Assembly: GCA_023898525.1 (NCBI GenBank)
Contig: CP060227.1
Span: 710,440 to 774,439, forward strand
Direction of reading: 5' to 3'
DNA from: Candidatus Nomurabacteria bacterium
GTDB taxonomy: Bacteria; Patescibacteriota; Minisyncoccia; Phycocordibacterales; UBA918
DNA length: 64,000 nt
Below, one piece after another: positions 45,863 to 55,367 of this stretch. The position numbers were made by a program, and so were the translations under genes. Position 1 is the first letter of the stretch. Every line of letters starts with the position of its first letter. Under the pieces are notes generated by a model. That model did not search any database. It saw only the letters and a list, made by a program, of their open reading frames with translations, and was not told the origin of the DNA.

Positions 45863-47134
45863 ATGCAAACATTTTTTCGTAAGCTCACTCTAATCTTTAC
45901 CGAACCAGCAATTCGCAATCGTGTTTTAGTGATTTTAGCCGCTTTGGTTATCTTTAGGCTTTTGGCTTCTATTCCAATTCCGGGCGTTGACCAAAACGTG
46001 CTACAACAATTCTTTAACAACAACCAATTTCTTGGTCTTTTGAACATCTTCTCTGGAGGTGGTTTGGCCAACTTGTCGATTGTGATGCTTGGTGTAGGCC
46101 CTTTCATTACAGCTTCTATTATCATGCAGCTTATGACAGTGATGTCGCCGAAGATAAAGAGCTTGTATACAGAGGAAGGAGAAGCGGGGCGGGCTAAATT
46201 TACACAGTACAGTCGTCTTTTGACATTGCCTCTAGCTATTTTGCAGGGATTTGGTTTTCTAACTCTTTTGCAAAGCCAGGGGGTCATTAGCGGATTGTCC
46301 ACCTTTGACTTTATAGTCAACGTGATCTTGATTACAGCCGGTTCAATGCTGCTGATGTGGATTGGTGAACTTATCACTGAGTATGGTATTGGGAACGGTG
46401 TTTCCATCATCATCTTCGCCGGTATTGTGGCTACTTTGCCGTCTACCGTTAGTCAGTTGTCATTTACTTTTGACCAATCGCAGCTACCGCTTTACATTGG
46501 TTTCTCATTGGTGTCATTACTTATCATTTATGCGGTGGTAGTTATGACCGAAGCTGAACGTCCGGTGCCTATCACTTACGCTAAACAAAGCCGTGGGGGT
46601 ATGACTTATGGAGGTAGCTCTTCATACTTACCACTTCGTCTAAACCAGGCTGGTGTGATTCCAATCATCTTTGCTCTTTCTATCTTGCTTTTCCCGCAAA
46701 TGGTATTGAATATTCTCACGGCTTTTGATTTGCCGTGGGTGGCTGGAGCAAATGAAACCGTTACTGCTTTGATGAATAATCAATTTGTGTACGGTGGAAT
46801 TTACTTTATCTTGGTATTTCTGTTTACTTTCTTCTACACAGCTATTACCTTTGACCCAGAGTCTGTAGCGAAGAACCTACAGCGAAATGGTTCGTATGTA
46901 CCGGGTATTCGTCCGGGAGCACAAACTTCAGAATATCTCGGTAATTTGATCACTAGGCTGACCTTGGTCGGAGCGACTTTCTTGGGCATCGTGGCTATTG
47001 TTCCAATCGGAATGCAGATGGCAACCGGTATTGCTGCTTTAGCTATTGGTGGTACAGCCGTCTTGATTGTGGTACAGGTAGTACTTGATCTGATTCGTCG
47101 TCTTGATGCTCAGGTATCAATGCGTGAGTATTAG
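45863..47134 (+). CDS. secY: preprotein translocase subunit SecY
   Basis: 10-TM protein with 'GVGPFITASIIMQLM' and 'GIGNGVSIIIFAGIVA'. Confidence 0.9.
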   Translation: MQTFFRKLTLIFTEPAIRNRVLVILAALVIFRLLASIPIPGVDQNVLQQFFNNNQFLGLLNIFSGGGLANLSIVMLGVGPFITASIIMQLMTVMSPKIKSLYTEEGEAGRAKFTQYSRLLTLPLAILQGFGFLTLLQSQGVISGLSTFDFIVNVILITAGSMLLMWIGELITEYGIGNGVSIIIFAGIVATLPSTVSQLSFTFDQSQLPLYIGFSLVSLLIIYAVVVMTEAERPVPITYAKQSRGGMTYGGSSSYLPLRLNQAGVIPIIFALSILLFPQMVLNILTAFDLPWVAGANETVTALMNNQFVYGGIYFILVFLFTFFYTAITFDPESVAKNLQRNGSYVPGIRPGAQTSEYLGNLITRLTLVGATFLGIVAIVPIGMQMATGIAALAIGGTAVLIVVQVVLDLIRRLDAQVSMREY

Positions 47135-47184
47135 AGTCAGAACTCACACACCTAGCGAACTTCTTCGTTAAAACTATGAAAAAC

Positions 47185-47215
47185 AAAAGGCCGGCCCCTA
47201 CGGGGCCGGCCTTTT
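47185..47215 (+). terminator. intrinsic terminator after secY
   Basis: Hairpin AAAAGGCCGGCCCC-tac-GGGGCCGGCCTTTT followed by GTTT. Confidence 0.65.
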
Positions 47216-47291
47216 GTTTACAATTCATCATATATATGTTATAAAGTCTATCAGGTTTTGTTTTGATTAACTCCAACTAGGAGCAACTAAA

Positions 47292-47411
47292 ATGGATAAA
47301 CTATATCCTTTAATTGTGCTTGCGGGGACATTGGCTATATTCTTACCGGGAACCATTTATTATGCTTGTGAAATTATAAAATATATAGCAACACTCAAGG
47401 CGGGTAAATAA
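47292..47411 (+). CDS. small hydrophobic peptide (39 aa)
   Basis: RBS TAGGAG 8 nt before the ATG; 'MDKLYPLIVLAGTLAIFLPGTIYYACEIIKYIATLKAGK'. Below the ORF-track cutoff, so speculative. Confidence 0.25.
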   Translation: MDKLYPLIVLAGTLAIFLPGTIYYACEIIKYIATLKAGK

Positions 47412-47472
47412 CTTTATTAAAAAGAGTGACCAGAAGACTGTATTGTGATTAGCGATATGGTCTTTTTTGTTT

Positions 47473-48105
47473 CTAATACTTATCCTTAAAAGAATATCCC
47501 AAGGGTACGGCACTGTGAACTGGTTTCCAGGTGTCGGTCTTTAGCCACTGACGATAGGTATCAAATACAGTCAAGGCCACTGTTTGTGGGGAGTGTCGCG
47601 AGGTGTCGATGACTAAGTCAAAGTGTTCTGGGTTGTATGGGTCAACACCGTAAAGCTCTCGAAAACGTGAACGCTCAGTCTCCATACGATTCTTTACTTG
47701 CTTGGCTACACTATCCAGAGACTCAGCCACCTCACCGCTCTTGGTACGCATATTGTTGCTAACCGCGTCTTTGTAGATACGCACGGTGGCGACTTGGATA
47801 TCAAGGTCTAGATAAACTTTAAATGATTCTGGTAACCAATAAAAGCCTAAACGTGAATCAATGACAATGTCTTTCTTATTTCTTAGTTTTCGCAGATATT
47901 CATCAATTTGCGTATCCAGGTTATGGTCATCGAGGGCTTTGGCATTGTATTCGGCTAGCGTCATCCCTTCGCGGGCCAAGATATTACGCACCATATCACC
48001 GGAAGAGTGTCTGGTATAACCTAAGAGTTCTGCTACTTTGTCGGCGGTCGAGGATTTTCCACTGCCTGGCTTGCCGGAAATTGTGATGATATGCTTTCGG
48101 TTCAT
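47473..48105 (-). CDS. cytidylate kinase-like P-loop kinase (archaeal-type cmk family)
   Basis: Start trimmed to 'MNRKHIITISGKPGSGKSSTADKVAELLGY'; overall resemblance to archaeal-type CMP kinases. Confidence 0.55.
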   Translation of the reverse strand: MNRKHIITISGKPGSGKSSTADKVAELLGYTRHSSGDMVRNILAREGMTLAEYNAKALDDHNLDTQIDEYLRKLRNKKDIVIDSRLGFYWLPESFKVYLDLDIQVATVRIYKDAVSNNMRTKSGEVAESLDSVAKQVKNRMETERSRFRELYGVDPYNPEHFDLVIDTSRHSPQTVALTVFDTYRQWLKTDTWKPVHSAVPLGYSFKDKY

Positions 48106-48169
48106 GATGCTTGTAGCATACCATAAATATTGTTGCGAAGAAGGCAAAAAACTGGTACTCTCGGATGGC

Positions 48170-48766
48170 ATGTTAGACAATATAAACGGCCATGTCTTGA
48201 TTGTAATGGCGCCAACAGGTAGCGGGAAGGGAACTTTAATTAAAGAAGCTCTAAAAACATTTCCAGACTTATACGTTACTATTTCGTGTACGACACGGGC
48301 AATGCGTCCAGGTGAGGTTAATGGTAAGGACTACTACTTCATTTCATCGACTGACTTTGACCAAAAGATTGCTGACGGAGAATTTTTGGAATGGGCGACA
48401 TTTGGTAATAATCGTTATGGTACTCTAAAGAGTGAGATTATACCGCGTTTACAGGATGGTCAGGTGGTGATTGCAGAAATCGATGTTCAGGGAGTTGAGC
48501 AGTTACATTCTCTTATAGCAAAAGATCACATCACGACAGTCTTTATTGAAGCGGGTGGATGGGAAAATCTCAAAGCGCGAGCGCTCGCGCGAGCTCAAAT
48601 GAGTGAAGAGGAGCTACAAGCACGTTACGAACGTTATTTAGTAGAAGTAGCTTCGAAGGATATTGCTGACGTAATTATCGATAATTCAACAAATGATTTT
48701 ACTCCTGCTAAAGTCGCTTTCTGTGAACTGGTTGAGTCATTGAGAAATCGTGTTTATAACGATTAA
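48170..48766 (+). CDS. gmk: guanylate kinase
   Basis: Start trimmed to 'MLDNINGHVLIVMAPTGSGKGTL'; 'TTRAMRPGEVNGKDYYFIS' and 'GEFLEWATFGNNRYGT'. Confidence 0.8.
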   Translation: MLDNINGHVLIVMAPTGSGKGTLIKEALKTFPDLYVTISCTTRAMRPGEVNGKDYYFISSTDFDQKIADGEFLEWATFGNNRYGTLKSEIIPRLQDGQVVIAEIDVQGVEQLHSLIAKDHITTVFIEAGGWENLKARALARAQMSEEELQARYERYLVEVASKDIADVIIDNSTNDFTPAKVAFCELVESLRNRVYND

Positions 48767-48799
48767 CAGTTTGTTTGTATTTATTCATATACTAAAAAT

Positions 48800-49396
48800 A
48801 TGGAACCACTAACCTTAATATTTATCGGTCCGCAAGGTAGCGGCAAAGGAACCCAGATTAGCAAAATAAAATCAGTAATTACCAAGCTTGATCCAAATCG
48901 CAAGTTGCTCGATATACAAACCGGTCGATTATTTCGCACTCTTACTGATAAGCAAGATACCTTTGCGCAAAGAAAAATAAAAACCTCACTAAGTGCTGGA
49001 GTTTTGCAACCGGATTTCTTAACCTACGTTTTGTGGGGACAGGAAATGCTTCAAGAGTTAGATCCTGATAGCCATTTGCTAATCGATGGTTTTCCACGCA
49101 CGGTGGCACAGGCAAAGACTTTAGCGGGAGCGTTTGAATTCTTTGAACGCAAAAACATTCACTTGATAAACTTAGATACACCGGAAGATATTGTTAAAGA
49201 GAGAATGAAAAGCCGAGCCAGAGCCGATGATACTCCGGAGTCGATTGAAAGTCGTTTGCGCTGGTATCGCGAGCACGTTTTGCCGGTAATTGAATACTAC
49301 AGAGAAGCGTCTAACGTAACCGTTCATGACATAAAAGGTGATGAAAGTATAGAAGACGTGCACAAACAAGTTATGTTTGCCCTTAAATTAAACTAA
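48800..49396 (+). CDS. adk: adenylate kinase
   Basis: 'LIFIGPQGSGKGTQ', 'DGFPRTVAQA', and a LID-less short form. Confidence 0.85.
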   Translation: MEPLTLIFIGPQGSGKGTQISKIKSVITKLDPNRKLLDIQTGRLFRTLTDKQDTFAQRKIKTSLSAGVLQPDFLTYVLWGQEMLQELDPDSHLLIDGFPRTVAQAKTLAGAFEFFERKNIHLINLDTPEDIVKERMKSRARADDTPESIESRLRWYREHVLPVIEYYREASNVTVHDIKGDESIEDVHKQVMFALKLN

Positions 49397-49398
49397 TT

Positions 49399-50172
49399 AT
49401 GATTACCAAAAAAACACCGGAAGAAATTGAAATATTAAAAGAAGCTGGTTCAATATTAGCCAAATGTCTAAAAGAGTTGGCGAAAGAGGCAGTAGCTGGA
49501 AACACTACTTTAGATATTGATGATCGGGCGATGGAACTGGTCGAAGAGTACGGGGTAGAGCCGGTACTTTTGGGTTATCATCCTGGTTTTGCTGATCGGG
49601 CTTATCCAGCTGCTATTTGTGTATCGGTCAATAATTGTGTTCAACACGGTATTCCCAGCGAGGAGTTAAAGCTAAAGGAGGGTGATGTTGTGAATATTGA
49701 CATGTCGATTGGTCACAAGGGAATGGTGGTGGACTCTGGTATCACTGTGGGTGTTGGTGAGATTTCTGCGGATGCGCGGAAACTTTTAGACGTCACGAGA
49801 GAAGCTTTAGCTCATGGCATAAAGGCAGCTAAGCCCGGCAATCACATCGGAGACATTAGTGCGACTATTCAAGAGTTTGTAGAGAGTCGCGGACTTTCGA
49901 TAGTAGAGGAGCTGTGTGGACACGGAGTCGGGTACGCTGTCCACGAAGATCCAACTATTCCAAACTTTGGCAAAGCCGGTACTGGTCCCAAGATAGAGGT
50001 GGGGCATGTTTATGCGATTGAGCCGATTGTAAATTTCGGAAAGAAGGACGTGTACTTCGATGACGAAGGTGACGGCTACAGTGTCTATACCAAAGACGGC
50101 TCTATTTCTGCACACTTCGAGCACACTGTGGCGATTACTGAGAGTGGTCCGGTGATAATGACTAAGGAATAG
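49399..50172 (+). CDS. map: type I methionine aminopeptidase
   Basis: 'VCVSVNNCVQHGIP', 'GDVVNIDMS', 'HGVGYAVHEDP'. Confidence 0.9.
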   Translation: MITKKTPEEIEILKEAGSILAKCLKELAKEAVAGNTTLDIDDRAMELVEEYGVEPVLLGYHPGFADRAYPAAICVSVNNCVQHGIPSEELKLKEGDVVNIDMSIGHKGMVVDSGITVGVGEISADARKLLDVTREALAHGIKAAKPGNHIGDISATIQEFVESRGLSIVEELCGHGVGYAVHEDPTIPNFGKAGTGPKIEVGHVYAIEPIVNFGKKDVYFDDEGDGYSVYTKDGSISAHFEHTVAITESGPVIMTKE

Positions 50173-50188
50173 CTTCAAAACTTAACTT

Positions 50189-50494
50189 TTGAAAGAGTCG
50201 GTGTATACTTTTGGTATGAATACTATCGCTATTGATACTTATAAGATGATAAATAAGCTTACGGCAAAAGGTTTTACCACTGAACAAGCTGAGGGTATTA
50301 TCGAAACTATTACTGAGAGCGACCATGTAACTAACGGTTCGCTTAAAAGTATGCTCCAAGAGACAGCGCAGGAATTGAAACTAGAGATGAGAAGTCAACG
50401 AGTTAATACCATAAAATGGGTGGCCGGTATGCTGCTGGCTCAAGCCGCTTTGGTGGCAACTTTAGAAAGGTTGTTGGATTATACCAAGACCTGA
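50189..50494 (+). CDS. DUF1640/CCDC90-like family protein with C-terminal TM
   Basis: 'IDTYKMINKLTAKGFTTEQAEGIIETITE' matches the DUF1640 N-terminal signature; C-terminal hydrophobic 'WVAGMLLAQAALVATL'. Confidence 0.45.
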   Translation: MKESVYTFGMNTIAIDTYKMINKLTAKGFTTEQAEGIIETITESDHVTNGSLKSMLQETAQELKLEMRSQRVNTIKWVAGMLLAQAALVATLERLLDYTKT

Positions 50495-50574
50495 ACTGTA
50501 AGGGGGTAGTAATTATTTACTGCAAAATTAATTGCCTCGTTTAATCAATGTATTCAATTTCTACTTTTTGTTAT

Positions 50575-50604
50575 AAAAACCGCCCTGTGTTTGGGCGGTT
50601 TTTA
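50575..50604. terminator. bidirectional intrinsic terminator
   Basis: Hairpin AAAAACCGCCC-tgtgttt-GGGCGGTTTTT. Confidence 0.65.
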
Positions 50605-50619
50605 CTGAGTGTCTAAAAT

Positions 50620-51573
50620 TCAAAATATCAATAGACCGTTATCAAAATCTCTAAAGAAATTACAGACTCCAATAATAGCCATTGTCATTACTATCAAATC
50701 CAAGGATGAATCTAGGTTATGTCCAGTATAACAACCAGTATTAGCTTGATCGATAAGTAATTGGGCGCCGCCACTGGCGTTTGGTACTTTGATGTGAAAT
50801 AATTTGCCATACAATCGTATTTCTAGACCGCTTGCTATCGGATCAAATTTACCAACTTTGTTGTTGGCTGCTTCCCAGGATGGTTCTGTCAGTAGACAGC
50901 GTCTCTTAAACAGATCTTTTTCTAGTTTCCCGAAAACAATAGTTTTTGCAATGCTATTAAGCAAATTAATCTTAGTGAGAATCGCTGGAGATAATTCTAG
51001 ATTCAGATCCGGTTTAATATTATAGCTGCTGTAGCCAGAACCAGTAAATGTTTTCAGGAACATCTGCTGCTGGATGCTGTTTAACGCAAATTGGTTTTCT
51101 GATCCACCTGCTTGAGTTCTAAATGTTTCCGCAATACTTTGTGTCAGTATTGACAATGCTTCAGCCGCGCGATTGAGTTTCTGAAAATCAGGATAAACTG
51201 TTGCTGGAGCATGTGGTCTGTCGGGACCCAGAAAAGGAAGATAGATTGTAAATGAAACCGTATCACCACCAAAAGTCACCTCAACGTCATCGATACGTTT
51301 TAAAGTAAGTATCTGTGTTAGATCCGGGTTATTTAGGTCTAATAAAGCATTATACATAGACATGCTGGTAATCAATTTTATTCCTTCTTCCGTCACCTTA
51401 AACTTTGTAAATTCTGGACTACCATTAGCATTAGATAATATTGAATATGTCATCGACATCTCCTTTGTAAAAAGGGTTTTATGAAAATTGCTTCTGAGCG
51501 CTAGATTACCATAAAATTGTCTGGTGTAAATAAGAAAACCACCCGATGATGCTTGGGCGGTTTTGTGTTGCAT
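50620..51573 (-). CDS. hypothetical protein
   Basis: 317-aa ORF on the minus strand; no recognisable family; first of a 3-gene minus-strand cluster. Confidence 0.4.
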   Translation of the reverse strand: MQHKTAQASSGGFLIYTRQFYGNLALRSNFHKTLFTKEMSMTYSILSNANGSPEFTKFKVTEEGIKLITSMSMYNALLDLNNPDLTQILTLKRIDDVEVTFGGDTVSFTIYLPFLGPDRPHAPATVYPDFQKLNRAAEALSILTQSIAETFRTQAGGSENQFALNSIQQQMFLKTFTGSGYSSYNIKPDLNLELSPAILTKINLLNSIAKTIVFGKLEKDLFKRRCLLTEPSWEAANNKVGKFDPIASGLEIRLYGKLFHIKVPNASGGAQLLIDQANTGCYTGHNLDSSLDLIVMTMAIIGVCNFFRDFDNGLLIF

Positions 51574-51588
51574 TGTAGTCTTTAGGAT

Positions 51589-52251
51589 TTATTTTTTTTC
51601 AATGTAAGTCTGTTTTAAAAACTTATCCCAAAATAGACTTAAAGCAACAAGTAAGATTACTTGTTGCAGAGTTGAGGTCAATCCAAAACTGCTGTAGATA
51701 TTGCCGTTGGCCGATAGTGTATATGGCTGCAGATATGTTTCGCTTTCCGGATTGGGTATATTTACATTTAGTTGACCATTAACGATCTGAATTAAAAAAC
51801 CGTTATTTCCTGAGTTGGACCGCTGTAATATATCATACCGAGCAGATGAATCATTTACCGTGAGTCTGGTGTGGTGTCGTAGCGCCTCTTTTTCACAATG
51901 ACTAAGTAATTTTTTACCCCCTGGTGAAACGGCTCCACTAATAATTTCCATTGCTGGGTTTGTAAAGTTGACGATAAGATCCAGACTAACCCGATTGAGA
52001 TTTCTAGTGGCCACCACCTCTACAAACATTAATTGTAGATCAGAACTTAACGCTAACTCTCTTATTTTATCTTGATCAGTAGTGTTTAATTCTACTATTA
52101 GATTGTTTAGGTTGCGCGTTAGGTTAGCTAACATTGATACTACCTCACCCAGGGCAAAGTTCGGGTATTGTTGATTACCTTGTTTTGCTTGACTAAAGTA
52201 AGGGAGTTTGATTCCAATTTCTGCCTGGTTATTCCCGTATAAGGTATCCAT
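51589..52251 (-). CDS. hypothetical protein with C-terminal TM
   Basis: 220-aa ORF; C-terminal hydrophobic 'LQQVILLVALSLFW'; overlaps the upstream ORF by 112 nt in another frame. Confidence 0.4.
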   Translation of the reverse strand: MDTLYGNNQAEIGIKLPYFSQAKQGNQQYPNFALGEVVSMLANLTRNLNNLIVELNTTDQDKIRELALSSDLQLMFVEVVATRNLNRVSLDLIVNFTNPAMEIISGAVSPGGKKLLSHCEKEALRHHTRLTVNDSSARYDILQRSNSGNNGFLIQIVNGQLNVNIPNPESETYLQPYTLSANGNIYSSFGLTSTLQQVILLVALSLFWDKFLKQTYIEKK

Positions 52252-52406
52252 ATTTTGTGGTTAAAGATACTCTTTAACTGATCGTTTCCTTGTCCATTTA
52301 AAACATGAATAAGCAATTTGTTGCTGATTATTACGACCAGGCCACTTTCAGTTGCAATGATTTTGTACATTTCTGGTATGTCACCATTAAGTTTTCCTAA
52401 TTCCAT
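52140..52406 (-). CDS. hypothetical protein (possible N-terminal part of 51589..52251, disrupted at an A-run)
   Basis: 88-aa ORF. Inserting one A in 'CACAAAATATGG' (minus strand, ~52241-52248) fuses it in frame to 'MDTLYGNN...'. Confidence 0.3.
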   Translation of the reverse strand: MELGKLNGDIPEMYKIIATESGLVVIISNKLLIHVLNGQGNDQLKSIFNHKIWIPYTGITRQKLESNSLTLVKQNKVINNTRTLPWVR

Positions 52407-52537
52407 CTTCCTAACTCCAAAAAAAAGTTATTGAAAACTACTTCCGCCAGCTAAATTACCACACATATAATTTAAAGCAATAGCTTGAATAATGGGCATT
52501 AAATAGCTATACTGCCAGTAAATTTTAAACAAATATT

Positions 52538-53143
52538 ATGAAAAAATTACCACATCAAGAGAGGACTTTTATTATTTTAAAACCAGATACGGTTCAGCGT
52601 AGTTTGGTTGGTGAAGCGATCAAGAGAATCGAGCGAACCGGTCTTAAGTGTACAGCTATGAAGATGTTTGTGCCGGACGAGGAAAGACTGCTTAAGCACT
52701 ACAACAAATCTGACGAGTGGTTTTTGAAAAAGGGAACTAACGTCGTGGAAGACCTTAAAGCTCAGGGTTTGCCGGTTGATAAGGAGCCGATTGAGTACGG
52801 CCGTGACATTATCCGTACTATCGTAACCTACATGACAGCCGGTCCGGTCGTGGCGATGGTTTGGGAGGGTAATCAGGCAGTCAAGGTCGTGACTAAGATT
52901 GTTGGTACCACTGAGCCTGCTACTTCAGATGTTGGAACTATCCGTGGTGATTATACAATTGACTCCTATGGGCACGCTTCATTTGAGAATCGCGCCGTGC
53001 GAAACTTGGTGCACTGTTCTGATGCGGTGGAGGAAGCCGAACGAGAAATTGCGATTTGGTTTACTGAGGGTGAGGTTATGCAATATGCTACTGCTCAAGA
53101 AAGGATTATGTATGATGTAAACTTGGATGGTAAGGATGAGTAA
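52538..53143 (+). CDS. ndk: nucleoside diphosphate kinase (long form)
   Basis: 'ERTFIILKPDTVQRSLVGEAIKRIERTGL', 'GTIRGDY', and 'NLVHCSDAVEEAEREIAIWF' (active-site His). Confidence 0.75.
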   Translation: MKKLPHQERTFIILKPDTVQRSLVGEAIKRIERTGLKCTAMKMFVPDEERLLKHYNKSDEWFLKKGTNVVEDLKAQGLPVDKEPIEYGRDIIRTIVTYMTAGPVVAMVWEGNQAVKVVTKIVGTTEPATSDVGTIRGDYTIDSYGHASFENRAVRNLVHCSDAVEEAEREIAIWFTEGEVMQYATAQERIMYDVNLDGKDE

Positions 53144-53163
53144 TTGAGGGGTTGGGATGAGGA

Positions 53164-53206
53164 AATCAAAGACCGGAAAGCGAAGCTTTCCGGTCTTTGA
53201 TTTTTA
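53164..53206 (+). terminator. intrinsic terminator after ndk
   Basis: Hairpin AATCAAAGACCGGAAAGC-gaa-GCTTTCCGGTCTTTGATTTTT. Confidence 0.7.
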
Positions 53207-53246
53207 TAAATTGCCTAAAAATACGTTCGGGTGTAAAATTACTGAA

Positions 53247-53438
53247 GGAACCACAAATAACGTATGTTCCGATTAAACATACACGCAGGGTTGCCAGCAG
53301 TCGCAAGTGATAATGAGAACTTTATGGAGAATTTCATAGAGATTTCAGACCTCATTTGGAAATGGTACCCACCTGGATTTTCCAGGAGCATGCGTAAGTG
53401 GTTCCCGTGAAAAAACACCTCGATGAGAGGTGTTTTTT
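53247..53438 (+). ncRNA. candidate structured RNA (riboswitch-like 5' leader or sRNA) ending in an intrinsic terminator
   Basis: Long-range closing stem GGAACCAC..ACGTATG (53247-53266) pairs with CATGCGT..GTGGTTCC (53389-53405). There is an internal hairpin CCTGGA-tttt-TCCAGG. Terminator AAAAACACCTC-gatgag-GAGGTGTTTTTT (53410-53438) lies 28 nt before the next ATG. Class unassigned. Confidence 0.3.
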
Positions 53439-53465
53439 CACGCTCATTTAGAGTATTATAAAGTT

Positions 53466-53852
53466 ATGATTAAGAATATTTCTTTGTTGACAGTGGTTGT
53501 GTTGTGGTTAGTATTTGCGACGGCTCATGCTTTCTTCAAAACAACAGAGCTATATTGGTTTTATCTATGGCTTGATATCCCGATGCATTTGGCTGGTGGT
53601 TTTTTAGTGGTGATGACTTGGTTTGTTTTGCAAAGGAGGTTTATAGCGGGTGAAAAAATTTTTAGTCAAAAATTTTTTCACCCGCTCATCATCCTCGCCA
53701 TCATGATGGTTGCTTGGGAAATATATAAATATATGATTGGCGATATTGTTATGGACAATTATGTATCCGATACCATCCTTGATCTGATAATGGGTACGGT
53801 AGGTGGACTAATTGCTTTTAAGTTATTCTTATCACGTACAATAGACAAATAA
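53466..53852 (+). CDS. small hypothetical membrane protein (4 TM)
   Basis: Start trimmed to 'MIKNISLLTVVVLWLVFA'; hydrophobic helices throughout; no CrcB or SMR motifs. Confidence 0.45.
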   Translation: MIKNISLLTVVVLWLVFATAHAFFKTTELYWFYLWLDIPMHLAGGFLVVMTWFVLQRRFIAGEKIFSQKFFHPLIILAIMMVAWEIYKYMIGDIVMDNYVSDTILDLIMGTVGGLIAFKLFLSRTIDK

Positions 53853-53855
53853 TTT

Positions 53856-55217
53856 ATGCAATCAACTTTAGGATTTTACGGAGGAGTAGGGTCGGTGACA
53901 GGGGCAAATTTTATGTTAGACACCGGTAAGGTGGCTATCTTGGTTGATTGTGGTTTGGTACAAGGGGACTGTTTTGCAATGGAGAAAAACGCTGAGCCTT
54001 TTGTTTATGATCCAGCTCATATTGATGTGCTACTGGTCACTCATGCGCACGCTGATCATATTGGTCGTATTCCTAAGCTGGTACGCGATGGTTTTAAGGG
54101 AGTTATTTATAGTACCGAGCCGACCAGAGAGTTAACTGGTGTGATGTTGCAAGACGCTCTTAAGGTAATGGAGTATGAGGCTAAGCGTTATGGGGTAGAG
54201 GTTTTGTATGATAAACACAACATCGACTCAGCGCTTGGACTGTGGCAAAGTGTTGACTACGAGGAAGTGATTGGCTTATCAGACAATGTTGAGGCCTGGT
54301 TCACCGACGCGGGTCATATACTAGGATCTGCTATGGTACATCTAAAACGAGGTGATAAGAAAATAGTCTTTACAGGTGATATCGGCAACATACCCCAACC
54401 GCTCCTTAAGGCGCCAGTTATCCCTAAGGATTATGATTATCTGGTAATGGAAAGTGTGTATGGTGATCGTTTGCACGAAGAGGTGGAAGAAAGAACTGCC
54501 TTACTTCGACATCATATAGAAGAGACACAAAAGAGAAAGGGAACACTGATCATCCCGGCTTTCTCCTTAGAACGTACGCAAGGTATGCTCTATGAAATTA
54601 ACAACATGGTGGAAGCGGGAGAGGTTGATCCGCTGCCTGTCTTTCTTGATTCACCACTCGCCATTACAGTTACTGATATTTATCGTGGGTTTACTCGGTA
54701 CTTAAGACCAGAGATACAAGACCAAATAAGAAACGGCGATGACATATTCGATTTTTCCGGTCTTAAGTTTACCGAAACTAAGAAAGATTCTGAATCAATT
54801 TCGCGGGTTGACGATCCAAAGATTATTATTGCCGGTTCTGGTATGAGTCATGGTGGCCGGATTTTAAAACACGAAAGAGACTATCTTGGTGATCCAAAGA
54901 CAACTCTGCTTTTGGTTGGTTATCAGGCAGTGGGTAGTATGGGTAGGCTGCTCCAAGACGGAGCTAAGACTATAAATATAGACGGTAGCAAGGTGAAGGT
55001 GCGGGCTCAGGTGGCACAAATCCGTGGTTATTCCGGACACGCTGACCGAGACCAGCTTTTGGAGTTGGTGGCCCATGGTGGTGACAAAGCCAAACAAATA
55101 TTTGTCACAATGGGGGAAGAGCGTTCGTCACTGTTTTTGACTCAGCGCTTACATGATTATTTAGGCTTAAATGCCGTAGCGCCGGATCTGAATCAGGAAG
55201 TAGTGATAGAGTTTTAA
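53856..55217 (+). CDS. MBL-fold beta-CASP family RNA-metabolising hydrolase (RNase J/CPSF-like)
   Basis: 'VLLVTHAHADHIGRIPKL' (HxHxDH) and 'GYSGHADRDQLLELV' (beta-CASP C-terminal motif). Confidence 0.75.
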   Translation: MQSTLGFYGGVGSVTGANFMLDTGKVAILVDCGLVQGDCFAMEKNAEPFVYDPAHIDVLLVTHAHADHIGRIPKLVRDGFKGVIYSTEPTRELTGVMLQDALKVMEYEAKRYGVEVLYDKHNIDSALGLWQSVDYEEVIGLSDNVEAWFTDAGHILGSAMVHLKRGDKKIVFTGDIGNIPQPLLKAPVIPKDYDYLVMESVYGDRLHEEVEERTALLRHHIEETQKRKGTLIIPAFSLERTQGMLYEINNMVEAGEVDPLPVFLDSPLAITVTDIYRGFTRYLRPEIQDQIRNGDDIFDFSGLKFTETKKDSESISRVDDPKIIIAGSGMSHGGRILKHERDYLGDPKTTLLLVGYQAVGSMGRLLQDGAKTINIDGSKVKVRAQVAQIRGYSGHADRDQLLELVAHGGDKAKQIFVTMGEERSSLFLTQRLHDYLGLNAVAPDLNQEVVIEF

Positions 55218-55367
55218 AAAACTAAACCCCCGTGCCGTAGGCGAGGGGTCAATCCATCTTTTATGATTTTTGTTAATATAACAAGCTCCTAATACACACA
55301 CCATCAATAAAATCAGGCATAATCTCTACATTTCATTGCTATAATAATAAAATAACCCACATTATCT

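Noticed and set aside
53247-53438. tmRNA, SRP RNA, RNase P or fluoride/TPP riboswitch identity for the structured element
   Set aside because: It lacks the tmRNA tag ORF ending in ..AA-stop, the SRP domain IV motif, the RNase P 'AGGAAAGUCC' motif and the TPP 'CTGAGA' motif. The downstream protein lacks CrcB and SMR motifs. It is kept only as an unclassified candidate.
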